From Takakia lepidozioides (lineage: Eukaryota; Plantae; Bryophyta): 64,000 nt of DNA. The position numbers were made by a program, and so were the translations under genes. The notes under the pieces were generated by a model. It was not told where the DNA came from, ran no database searches, and was given only the letters and a program-made list of their open reading frames with translations. Below are positions 51,842-62,800 of the stretch, one piece after another (the stretch's first letter is position 1; every line of letters begins with the position of its first letter). The DNA lies in contig CM060731.1 in assembly GCA_030704615.1 (NCBI GenBank), positions 94,178,001 to 94,242,000 of the forward strand, given 5' to 3'.

Positions 51842-52348
51842 CTAGCGTCTAGTACTAGGGATGTCAATCAGTTTCACTCGCCACTCCAATCCACGATCTT
51901 TGTACCACTTTGCTAAGTTCAGCTCTTTTGGTTTCTCTCCTATGTAAGGATCCTTCCCCCATGAATGAACAGACCTGTGACGTACCCAATTTTCCATAAA
52001 TTCGTACAAGTTTTTGTGATTTTCCTGTGCATATATTTTGTAGAGTGGTTGACCTTCTATGAATTCATGAAACAGTCTAAATTTATCCCAATCTAAGTCT
52101 TCTTCTTCCCTATCATTTTTTATCCCCCTAGGCAATCACCTTTTCACTGACTCTATCCTCTTCCCAGAACGCACTTTCTTCACAGTGGATGTCCACTTGA
52201 AATACTTATAATCTGCAAAATGCTGCCTCACCAAGATGTCTACAGGGTTGTCTCCTAAAACTTGTCCCTTGTCCCTTGTACTAGAACTTGTCCCTTCCAT
52301 GAACAAAAAACTGTATGTGTGGTTTGAAGAAAAAGATTCTCTGCCCAC
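51842..52348 (-). pseudogene. Interrupted ORF of unknown function immediately upstream of, and co-oriented with, the pogo transposase
   Basis: Abutting ORFs 52348-52136 and 52135-51842 with protein-like composition; no recognised motif. Confidence 0.35.
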
Positions 52349-53579
52349 ATTTGGAGGATAAGGCTTTGCTATAAAAAAATATGAGGAGCATTAGAACAAC
52401 TATGACAGCAGTTCAAGTAAGGATATAAGAGAAGAACCCATCATGCAAGCATAACGGAGCTGAAGTTTCGAACTACTCTGCAAATGCTTGTTGCCGCCAA
52501 CAATCAGAAAGGTTCAAAACACATATTCAAATTGCAAAGCGCGCTCACCCAAAGTCGAAATACAAGCCACTGCAAGACTGAACAATGACTAGTGAAAACC
52601 CTAAAAGTGTGTAATGTATGACACAGCCCCGATATGATAAAAACCCAAAGTTGTCAAGACCACATTCATCCATAGTCCTTTCATCTGTGCATGACCATGC
52701 CGGTGGGGTCCGTAAGACAATCAATAGTGCGCCTATTACCATACAATGCATCGTTCAACAAATGTAACCTATTATAGGTCCGCCCATGCCCAGTATTCAC
52801 CCCATAGGTTGTCTGTCAGATTGACCAGTAATGGGGTGGTGGTTGGTGATAGGGTGTTCTACCCTACTACAAAAGCTGGGTTCGCGTTCCCTTCTAGACC
52901 TATGGAATATTGAATATAGATAAGCTAGAGTTGCCAGATTGTGCTGCGAGAGGGCCACCATGGACACCCTGTTTTGGACCTTAAGAAAAAGATTTGGGAT
53001 ACCCACATACACCCTGTTGTTTAATTTTGGGTTAAATATGAACCAAATTGAGTTTTATATGCTAGCTATCAAAAAAAAATCTACTCCAGCCTAAACTAAA
53101 TGATGATTGTGTGTCAATTCATCTATCCGCATTATTTTATGACTCTTAAATACATCATCTACTTCTTAACTTATCTTTTGCAAACGTCTTGCAAGACTTA
53201 GAAACAACACCACTTAATTCTTTATTATTTATTGGCTCCTCTTTATTCTAAAGAGAAGTTTACGCATCAGTGTCAAAAATCGTTAAGCCCCTTTTTTGCC
53301 TTTCTATATGTCATCTCCTCTTCTTTGCTACAACTACTTCCATGATTTACCTTCTCCAGGTAACACCTCCCTGAGCTAACATCTCTATTATTGAGCAACT
53401 TATGAAATTTTCAAGTTTATTATAGATGAAAATAGATTCCACTATTCATGAGGAGGAGCTATACAGAGACAAGGGCTCTCATTTTAAGATAGTAGCGTCT
53501 TCAATGCGCCTGTGGGCCCCGCCAGTATGGCCCATGGGGTCACCTTGTAAGCCCACCGCGCCCATCCACAGGATCTGCC

Positions 53580-53785
53580 GGAGGGTCCATTGGAGAGTCC
53601 AGTCACTTATGGATAGTGTGTTCGAGGGTCCACCCACTCTCCAAAGTCCGGTTGACGCAGAGTCCGCTGGAGAGGGTCCACTCTGCAATCCGGTCCACTC
53701 TTCTGTGCAGAGTGGACTCACTCTGAGTCTGCTGGAGGGTCCACTCTACACTCCAGTCCAAGTCAGTTGGAGGGTCCACTGCCGT
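53580..53785 (+). repeat. Degenerate tandem repeat with GAGGGTCCAC core
   Basis: GAGGGTCCA recurs about 5 times at 35-65 bp spacing, with interleaved AGTCC motifs. Confidence 0.75.
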
Positions 53786-54145
53786 AGAAAAACAAGATTT
53801 AGGAAAATATCTGAAAGAACTAGTATACAAAATGTTTAATTAATAACACACATTACGACCTGACAAGAATTGCACACCAAACCTCGTATATCTTAATCAT
53901 TGCTCTTAACCATCACACTACCCATAGCTTTTTGAAAATCTTGGAACTATTTAATGTTTTATCTGCATTACCAGCGCATGCAGACAGACCCAGCAGCAAT
54001 AGACAACCCTCCGACGGGGAGAGGCGCTCCCACGGGTGCACATTGAAGACGCTGTTATCATATAATGAGAAGCATAGACAACTAGCCGCCTCATCTCTCA
54101 TATAACTTGATTTAACTTAATATGCATAAATGTTTTGTTTCTTAA

Positions 54146-54902
54146 CCCCTAAAGGACGAGCACCTTTTTGGTGGGCCAAAAGGTGTGTACCCTCGTGAGG
54201 GTAGGTATCAGGCTGTAACTTGTTAACCCCGATCTTGAGGAGGTTATAATAAAATAATGTGCCCTAATATGTAGATGTATTCCAAAATTGCATGGGTAAG
54301 CTGGTTTGACCACCAAATTCAAGTATCAAGTTGAATTTTCCCATGTACAAACCTGATTATATGGCACCTAAAGGAATGTTTTCCCCAAAAATCAGACCAA
54401 GATTCCAAAAAGTGAGATAGATTGCTATGTATTTGTAAATCTGGAGGATAAATTGTCAGATTTTGGCTTCCTTTCCATACACCCAAGAGGTAATATTTGT
54501 TTTCAAATTCCTCTTATAGTACGTGCACAGTAATTTTATTTTTTTCTAAAGGAAACCTGGGAGTGACTGCTCACAATTCAGGCCCTTGAGGAGGGGAAAA
54601 GTAACATTACATAGTGCCTTGTCCAGCATTATGATAAAATACGAGCCCTAGATGTTATTTACAGATTGCCCATTTGGCCTACCACGTAGGCAGGTCAATG
54701 GTGCTTTTCCAGCCCCCCGTCCTTTGGAAAATTCTAGAGAGTGGAGCTTCAGTTATTTTAGGGCGTTGTAATTCTCACATGTGCTCCTCCCTAATGTGCA
54801 CCATTACATTCAGGGTTCACTTCCATCCACTGTCATCCATAAAAAACTACACATGGATGAAATCTGAAACAGGTCGATTGGGGTTACCTCATCCTTTAGG
54901 GG
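54146..54902. mobile_element. piggyBac-like MITE
   Basis: TTAA (54142-54145) | CCCCTAAAGGACGAG ... CTCATCCTTTAGGGG | TTAA (54903-54906): 15-bp TIR with one mismatch, no ORF. Confidence 0.78.
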
Positions 54903-55270
54903 TTAAGACTAAAGACCCTAAGTCTCTTTATATGTTTAAATACTAATTGTTATTTTGAGGGTGGGACGTCTGCAGTCAGTCAGAATTGCTCTGGGCAGAA
55001 GCAGCAGCGAGTTCATGGCAATCGCTGGGTTGCAAGCATGTTGTGCTTTGGGTACTTACATTTCGTTTTCTTTGCCAACTTTCACTGTTGCTTGGTTCAT
55101 TTTATATGATATGTGTGGGATGCAGACAATCTTGTCCAGGGGCCTCTCGTTTTTTTTAATAATTTGGATCATCATCAGCACCTCTGGAGGGCCATTAACA
55201 GTGTGAAAGGAAACAGCTCTTTGTGCAGGCGTAGCAGCAGGTTTGACTGTTAAATAGCTTCCAGGGCCCC

Positions 55271-55537
55271 CATTGTTTTTTTTTCCCTGGCGACAAATCG
55301 CCAGAATTTGACCTGGAAAAAGGGTCAGCTACTTGTACAAAGGCATTATGGGGGTTAAAAATCGAAAAACTCACCAAAAAGCGGCCATAGTTGTATTATA
55401 TGAGCCTGATTTTGCCTACGTGGACCTGTAAATCGTGCCACCTGTTATATAACGACTTTTCTAACCCTGCCACCTCGTTATTCTCACCACATGGTTGCTG
55501 GGTAGAATTTTGGAAAAATGAAAAAACAAAAACGCTG
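55271..55537 (+). mobile_element. hAT-type MITE, same family as 43665-43908
   Basis: Shares TGGCGA.AAATCGCCA, GACCTGGAAA, GGTCAGCTACTTGTACAAAGG and ACGTGGACC blocks; no clear TSD. Confidence 0.75.
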
Positions 55538-55657
55538 TTCCAGGGCAACAGGCCACGGCCTCCAGTCTTGGTTATTTTTTCCAAGACTCCTATTAATACG
55601 AATTAAAGGGCCTCCGTCCCAGTGTTTTTTAATCTGGCAAAAAATCGCCAGATTTCG

Positions 55658-56049
55658 TACTAGAGAACGGGCCGTGTTTGGCCGATTCTGCCCTGTAAGC
55701 GGCTTTTGGGCGAGCCCTATGGCCGCGCACAGGGCAGAGTCGGCCAATGCGGCCCCATTCAATAGCGTTAAAAGCAGGTGTGGCGGATTCTCGCCGCTAC
55801 GTGGCGCAATATGATTGAGGTTCGATTATCCCATATCGATTGCCCAGGTTCAGAGCCCCAGAGAGGATATTAAGGGGGCGAGCCTCAGGGGAAGGTGGGG
55901 GGTTGATGGCTGATGACATGGGCCTCGGTGGTAGGTGTGCAGTCCTCTGTGCGTAATCGGCCATCCCTGCCGATTCTGCCCTGGGTGGCCGATTTGGCCT
56001 AAGAATTAGGCCGAAAAAGTGGCAGAATCCGCCACACCTGCTTTTAACG
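55658..56049. mobile_element. ~390-bp non-autonomous element with asymmetric inverted repeats and a terminal hairpin (Helentron/Helitron-like), copy 1
   Basis: Interrupts the MITE sequence GATTTCG|ACCTGG without a TSD; 26-bp IR CGTTAAAAGCAGGTGTGGCGGATTCT is internal at one side and terminal at the other; long hairpin next to ACTAG. Confidence 0.6.
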
Positions 56050-56274
56050 ACCTGGAAAATGGGTCAGCTACTTTTACTAAGGAATTACAAGAGTAAAAAT
56101 TAAAAAATCGCCAGAAAGTGCCACTGGTCAAATATCAGGAGCCAGATTTGTCCTACGTGGACCTATTATATTATGACACCTGTAATATAGCCACTTTTCT
56201 AACTAGGTCACCTCGTTAGTCTCGCCATATGGGCACTGGGTAGAATCTACATGTCGTTCTGCCTGCGATTTAGG

Positions 56275-56665
56275 TACTAGAGAAGGGGCCGTGTTTGGCC
56301 GATTCTGCCCTGTAAGCGGCCTTTGTGCGAGCCCTATGGCCGCGCACAGGGCAGAGTCAGCCGACACGGCCCGTTAACTGGCGTTAAAAGCAGGTGTGGC
56401 GGATTCTCGCCGCTACGCGGCGCAATATGATTGAGGTTCGATTATCCCATATCGATTGCCCAGATTCAGAGCCCCGGAGAGGATATAAACGGGCGAGCCT
56501 CAGGGGAAGGCGGGTGGGTTGATGGCTGATGACATGGGCCTCTGTGGTAGGTCTGCCGTCCTCTGTGCGTAATCGGCCATCCCTGCCCATTCTGCTCTGG
56601 GTGGTGGATTCGGCCTGAGAATTAGGCCGAAAAAGTGGCAGAATCCGCCACACCTGCTTTTAACG
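56275..56665. mobile_element. Second copy of the ~390-bp Helentron-like element
   Basis: Direct repeat of 55658-56049 with scattered substitutions and the same termini. Confidence 0.6.
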
Positions 56666-57176
56666 AAATGTGAAAAACAAAACACTGCTCCGTCCCCTTT
56701 CTTTAAGGGGAAAAAAAAAAGAGTAAGGCATTGTGTAGAGTAAGGATCTATTGTCTTGAATAGAGAAAGTTCCAAAATAAATGAGGTGCGACATTTGCAG
56801 GGCTACTTCCTCCCCTTTGAAGACTCCAATAGGCATAGGGACAAAAATAGATATGTGCCAGAGAGAGTGTTTTGTTCCAAAAGAACCGGACAAGCCTAAT
56901 AAAGAAGCGTATGTTTCTTGGAAGACGCGCAAAGATTGCACGCCCTCCCAGCCCCCACTCCTTCGCACACAAGCTCATCACACCCCTACACATTTGTGAG
57001 CAGTCGTCCCTAGCCAGGCAAGCAAGGATGCTGTCTCTCTACTCTCCTCATAAGGTAGTAATAACACCTAAACGTGTGCGTGACCTTGAATGGACCCAAG
57101 CCTGCTTTTTGCACCTGTCCCATCAGGTTTGACAGGCAAAAAAAGGCAAAAACAAAATAGCCTGTCAAAAGAAACA

Positions 57177-57462
57177 CTGTGTTTTTTTTTCTCATATTTC
57201 GAAAATCGCTGGTGGGGCCACCTGTGAATCCCACCCAGTGCCCATGTGGCGAGAATATCGAGGTGACAAAGTTAGAAAAGTGGCTATACTCCAGGTGTCA
57301 CGTTCTCATTGGTCCATGTTGCCAAGATTAGGCTCCTGAAATTTATCTCCTGGTGCTTTTTGGCGAAAATCTCAGATTCTAACTCCAATATTCCTTTGTA
57401 CAAATAGCTGACCGAGTTTCCAGGTCGAAATCTGGCGATTTTTTGCCAAAAAGAAAAACACT
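57177..57462 (-). mobile_element. hAT-type MITE, inverted copy of the 43665-43908 family
   Basis: Reverse complement matches 43665-43908 over most of its length. Confidence 0.82.
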
Positions 57463-57619
57463 GGCAAAAAGGCAAAAATTACTGATATTTATTAGCAATT
57501 TTATTAGTAAGTCCACCTAGGAGAGGCTAAAAAAAGTACAAATTGTTAGTAGTTACTGCTAATCTTACTAGTAAGTCCACCTAGCGGAGCCTTACAGAGG
57601 CACTGCCAGCTGGACCCTT

Positions 57620-58208
57620 TGTCGTGCACCTAAGCATCGTGCCACAACATACATCGCTGTCCACCACACAATCTAAGCACACAATCCTAGAAAGCTATAC
57701 CACAATGATAAGAGATGAAAAATGAGAGAAGTAGAAGACAATGAAAGCTCTCAAAGCATGAAGCAATCACATGAAGAACAAGCCCTAGTCCTTCCAAGTG
57801 AAATCCACTCTATCACATAAACTAAGTCAAGCCAAGGGCACCTTTGCTAAAGGAATCCACCCAACAAAGCCCTCAACACACTCCCTCTCAATACCTAGAG
57901 CTATGGAGGTGAGAGAAGCTCATGGAAGCTCAACTACAAGAAGATGAGCCTCCTCAACACTCACAAGGGGAAAACCTATCTCCATGTCTCAAGTGAGGCT
58001 CGACACCTCACTTGGCATGTGAGACCAAATGAAGTCCCAACACACAAAATATAAATATAAATATCTAAAATGTTTTAGTTAACTAGAAGTAGGTAATTAG
58101 ATAACCATGACTAAAACCATGATAGCTGTCGTGCATCTAAGCATCGTGCCACAACATACATCGATGTCCACCACACAATCTAAGCACACAATCCTAGAAA
58201 GCTATACC
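57620..58208. repeat. ~80-bp direct repeat (57620-57700 and 58127-58208); probable LTR-derived sequence at the 3' end of the Gypsy element
   Basis: TGTCGTGCA.CTAAGCATCGTGCCACAACATACATCG...CCTAGAAAGCTATACC twice; both copies start with TG and lie just downstream of pol. Confidence 0.6.
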
Positions 58209-58466
58209 CCAATCGCCCCCTAGCTGGTGGTTAGGTCCCTCTAACTCCAGATAGCTACAAGATGTAATAGCCACAGCCGTACTAAGTCCTCTATCACTGT
58301 CCCTATTGTACTCAACTCTATAGACCAAGAGGCCGGGTACAAGAGCAACCCCATCGTTAGTTGTCGTCTTGCAATATGTGAACTTGAGTCAGGATCTCAT
58401 ATGTTGGTCTCCTAGTAGCTTGGCCTTGCATTTCTTGTTAGCCTTCCATGGTTGTATCCACTCCCA

Positions 58467-58612
58467 CTATCCAATGCAATGCGGACATAACCAATCCCCA
58501 TCAGGAACCATCTCAAGAGGTGGAGTCAAGCATCCCATCCCAACCTCTAGAGCATTGATCACACACCAGCATGGTGGCTGCCCTCTAGCAGACCCACGCA
58601 ACATGCACCTCA
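58467..58612 (-). other. PHD finger at the integrase C-terminus (degenerate)
   Basis: CMLRG...MLVCDQCSRGW/MGCLTPPLEMVPDGDWLCPHC*; second Cys replaced by Arg and a frameshift at the expected His. Confidence 0.85.
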
Positions 58613-61600
58613 AACTTGCAGGTACCACTGCCAGGTTTGGGTCAACCCTCCATCAACATTTGGAAGGTGACATGGCGCGCAATTACGCACATGGTCCTTC
58701 CAAATCATGCCATCCCGACCCTCCAAGATCAGGACTCCTAAGGGCAACACCTCTCGAACCCTCAAAATAGTACGTCCTGCAGTCACATCCAAGGTCGTAG
58801 GAGTAGTCTGCTGCAGATAAACATAGTCACCAGGGTTGAATCTCCGAACCCCAGGACGATAGCCCCCACCACGTATGGTAGCATACCTCAACGTATCATG
58901 ATGTTGTGCAATGGCAAGGTTCTCGAAAGCCATGGGCATGACTTTCTTGAACAACTCTGCACGCTGCATCAATGCACGTGCCCACACGTCCGGATCGTCA
59001 AGGTTAAGAACTGTAGCAGCTTCTCTGCGAATGGATGTAGGCAAATCCGGCTATCGGCCAAAGAGAAGAAAGTATGGTGAGAAGGGAGGCAAGTGATGCT
59101 TGCTTGCTGAACCTGTAGCCCATGGTTAACCAGGGTAACTGAAGGTCTCAATCTCCTAGGTGTCCCTTCTACAAGCCATACTTGCGCAAACCCATCTTTA
59201 CTGTCTGAACAACTATCTCTGCCAAGCCATCGGCCTCAGGATGATCCCGAGAAGTGGTGCGGTGGTCTATCAAGGCCTTGTCACACAAAGCCTGAAACTC
59301 CCCCAAGAACTCTCTCCCTTGGTCCGTGAGTACCTCAGCTGGAGCACCGGATCGGCTAAGCACACAATCCAAGAATGCATACGCAGCTCCCTCACTAGCC
59401 TTATCAGGCAATGGAACCATTCAATCCACTTGGAGAAGTGCTCTACCATCATCAACACGTAGTTGTTGTGGCGCATGGTCAGTGGCAACAGCCCTGCGAA
59501 GTCAAGACTCCACTTGTAGCCCAATCCCATGATCGGAAGAGGGTGCAATTGTGGAGTAGGGGCGTTGAATGAAGCACGCACCCTGTCAAACACCATGCAC
59601 CTAGCCACAAATTGTTGCACCTTTGTGTGCATACCACGCCACCAATACTGCCCCTGCAGTAGACTATGAGTGCGTCGCACCCCAAAATGCCCCAACTCAT
59701 GGGCATGCCGCACTAACCGTGCCCGCTGTGTTGGGTGAGGCACAATCCTCACTCAACCATCCTCCCACACTCGGAGCAGGTGTGTCCCCTCCCACTTGAA
59801 CCTCTTGGCTCGTTGTAGGATCCGATCCCTCTCCTTGGTAGTCACAGTGGCTGCAGTGTCTCCAGTGCGGAGGTAGTCCAACACAACTGAATCCTCATGT
59901 ATATCTTTGGCGGCACCTTGCTCATTGCTGGCCTCAGGGTCCTCAGACACTTGATCTACAGTCATCCATGTTGCAGGTCCAACCTGGTCTTCCGCTGCCA
60001 AGATACACAGAAATGCAGATGCATGCCATCCGGGCACCATCTCCTCGTCCGTCTCACCATGCTACCGAGCTCCAGTGTCATCCTGTTGGCTCGTGCATGG
60101 ATTGCGACTCAACCCATCTGCATTGCGATTGACCAAACCCGGTCGATGCACCACCTGAAAGTCATACTCTTGAAGGATGAGTGCCCACCGTGCAAGCTTC
60201 CCCGTAAGCTTGTCTGACTCCATGACAAGGGTGAAGAGATTGCCGTATAGATAGCACCTGAAGTGTGCCACGGCCCACACTGCAACTAAGCATTCTCCCT
60301 CATATGAGCTATACTTAGACTCTGCAACGTTGTTCGAGCGGCTAGCATAAGCCACTACGAACTCTCTCTCCTCATCATCCACCTGTGTGAGCACCGCTCC
60401 AAGCCCTAGCATGCTCCAATCTGTATGCAGCTGAAAAGGACGCCCCTGATAGGTCGTCTCAAGATGGGCGCCGAGGTCAACCTCGCCTTGAGCTCTTGAA
60501 AAGCTTGTTCTTGCTCATCTTCCCACTGCCACTCCTAGTCCACCTTGGTCAGCTTGGTTAGAGCCATTGCAATGGCACTAAATCCCTTAACAAACCGTCT
60601 ATAATAGTTTGCTAACCCCATGAAAGCTCGAACTTGGCTCACATCCATGGGGCGTGGAACCTGTGCAATGGACTCTACCTTATTCTGCTGTACCCCCAAT
60701 CCTCCAGGATATATCATGTGACCCAGATACTCAATCTGGTTGTGGAAAAACTTGCACTTTCCCGGATGTAACTTCAATCCGTGCGCCCTCAAGCGCTCAA
60801 ATACCCCCTGAAGGTGTCTCTCATGCTCTTCCACCGTAGCACTAAAGATGATGATGTCATCTATGCAGCACCGAGCAAACTCCACCCCTGCTAGAATCCT
60901 GTCCATGACTCTCTGAAACTCTGCCGGAGCGTTCTTAAGCCCAAATGGTAAGAACCGCCACTGGTATAGGTAATCCTTCCCGTGCTCATTGATCCCCCAG
61001 AATGCCGTCTTTTGCTTATCCGCCTCCTTGATCGGCAACTGGTGATATCCGGATCGTAAATCCAACGTGCTAAAGACCTTGGCATGCCCAATGGCATCAA
61101 AGATCTCCTCTGGTGTTGGCATGGCATACCTATCGGACTTGGTCTGACGATTTACAGGCCGGTAATCACCGCACATACGTCTCTCCGTCTAATTGCCAAA
61201 GACATCCTTCTTGGCTGGCATCACTGTGGTTGAAGCATACTCTCCCCCAGATAGCTCCACCAAACCAGCCTCCCAAAGGTCCTGAGTTCTCATCTGTGTC
61301 ACTGTATCTATAGGGTCTCCGAAAGATTGGCGTGTCAGTAGCCAATTCAATGCGAATCTCTTGACCCTTCAATGCTCCTCAGTCCTTCAAACTGAAGGCA
61401 AAGCAGTTCCTGTAAGCCCTCAAGAACCGTCGTATACGTTGTATCTCTCCTCCGGTGACTATAGGTCCAACATCAGGCTCCCAGTTGTCCTCCGTGACTG
61501 CAACCTTGAGTCCAGCAGGCTTAGAGGTAGAAGACGCATCCCGTGGTTGCTATGCTGCAACCTGTTGAGCAGTGACCACTACCTCCTCAGTCAGTGACAA

Positions 61601-61864
61601 TGTCTCATCCTGCCCCATCATCCCATCCTTGAGGATCTCCTCAATCCGAGAAAAATCCCCAACCTGATCCATCACCGCCGCCTTGGCTGCCAACTCCTTC
61701 TGAACCTCTAGCACCTCCCACGTGTGCCATGGATGCGGCCTGCACCTCATGGTCCTCACCTGCTCGCCCCCACTCGCTGCCTGTACCGTCTCGGTAGGCA
61801 GGGAGACCATGAAGGGAAGTGTACTCCGTACTCTGCGCTGCTCAGCCATAGCCAAGCTGATAAT

Positions 61865-62800
61865 CTAGGTCAAGCAATTGAGATCCATTGCTTGCCCCAA
61901 CACCTGACGACGTGATGCCTCAGAAAGAGATGGCACCCGTCGTGGTACCTGTGGTAAAACCCATCGCCCGCTCGCGCTCGTCAGCATTGGGCTCCACTAA
62001 TTGTTGCAACTGGCTATCCCACAAGAGGCCAGGTCCACCATCCCGAAAAGCATGGGATCTTGGGAAGTTGAGCAGTGTAGATGATGTTGCTCGTGGTTGA
62101 CCCACCCTGTTGACCACTGCCAAAGGCGTCATCGTGTCTCACACGTTGAGACTGCCTCCCTGTATCAAAATGTTATCCACTGCGAGGTGTGCTGGCCGCT
62201 GCACCCCATCAAATGCACGCTTGAGCAGTGCGGGTGGCATCAAGTTAGTCCACCATAGCCGTGGACGATGAGCCCATGACCCCACTGCAGTTGCATCCAG
62301 TAACACTGCTGACCCAAGCCACGACCGGACTTGATGCACACTGGCTATCACCCTGGCCCGAGAATCACCCATCAGTGGCACATTCTCCAAGATGTATGCT
62401 GGAGATACAGCTTGATGAAGCTGCAAGTGGCGCAAAATCCGCACCATCTCCCAAAACAGACCCGTCCTCGAGTCTCGCAATCCATTGCCATGCCCGGCTG
62501 ATGAATGCCCTTGGCAGGGCCAACCTGCCCACTACCAGATCAATGGAACCAACCCGCTCCAATCCTGTGCCCCAGCAACGAAATGTCTGCTAGCAAGGCT
62601 TGTTGGTATCCACGAACTGCAGACATTGGCAACAAATCAGGGTACTGCTGTACCAACTAAGCAACATGGCGCAGTGAGACGCGTCGTGCAGTCTCATCCC
62701 TCTCCACATACAGGTAACGTCAAACTCGTACACCTGCCTGCAGTACTGCAGCCAATCCAGTGCTGATCCCGCCAAACAAGTCCAGAAGGCATATGCCTTC
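61865..62800 (-). pseudogene. DNMT3-like cytosine-5 DNA methyltransferase domain within Gypsy pol
   Basis: Motif I LLDLFGGISTG; IV IDLVV/AGWPCQGHS; LFWEMVRIL; VI YILENVP; VIII AHRPRLWWTNL; IX ERERAMGF; X RRQVLGQAMDL, all in canonical order. Confidence 0.9.

Larger units (their letters stand above)
55620..56687 (+). mobile_element. hAT-type MITE carrying two nested insertions
   Basis: CAGTGTTTT ... AAAACACTG termini, 8-bp TSD CTCCGTCC (55612-55619, 56688-56695); MITE core at about 56050-56273. Confidence 0.85.

Noticed and set aside
61865-62800. Host DNMT gene or bacterial restriction-modification contamination as the source of the MTase
   Set aside because: The domain is intronless, collinear with protease and RT on the pol strand, equally decayed, and has no adjacent restriction enzyme or bacterial genes
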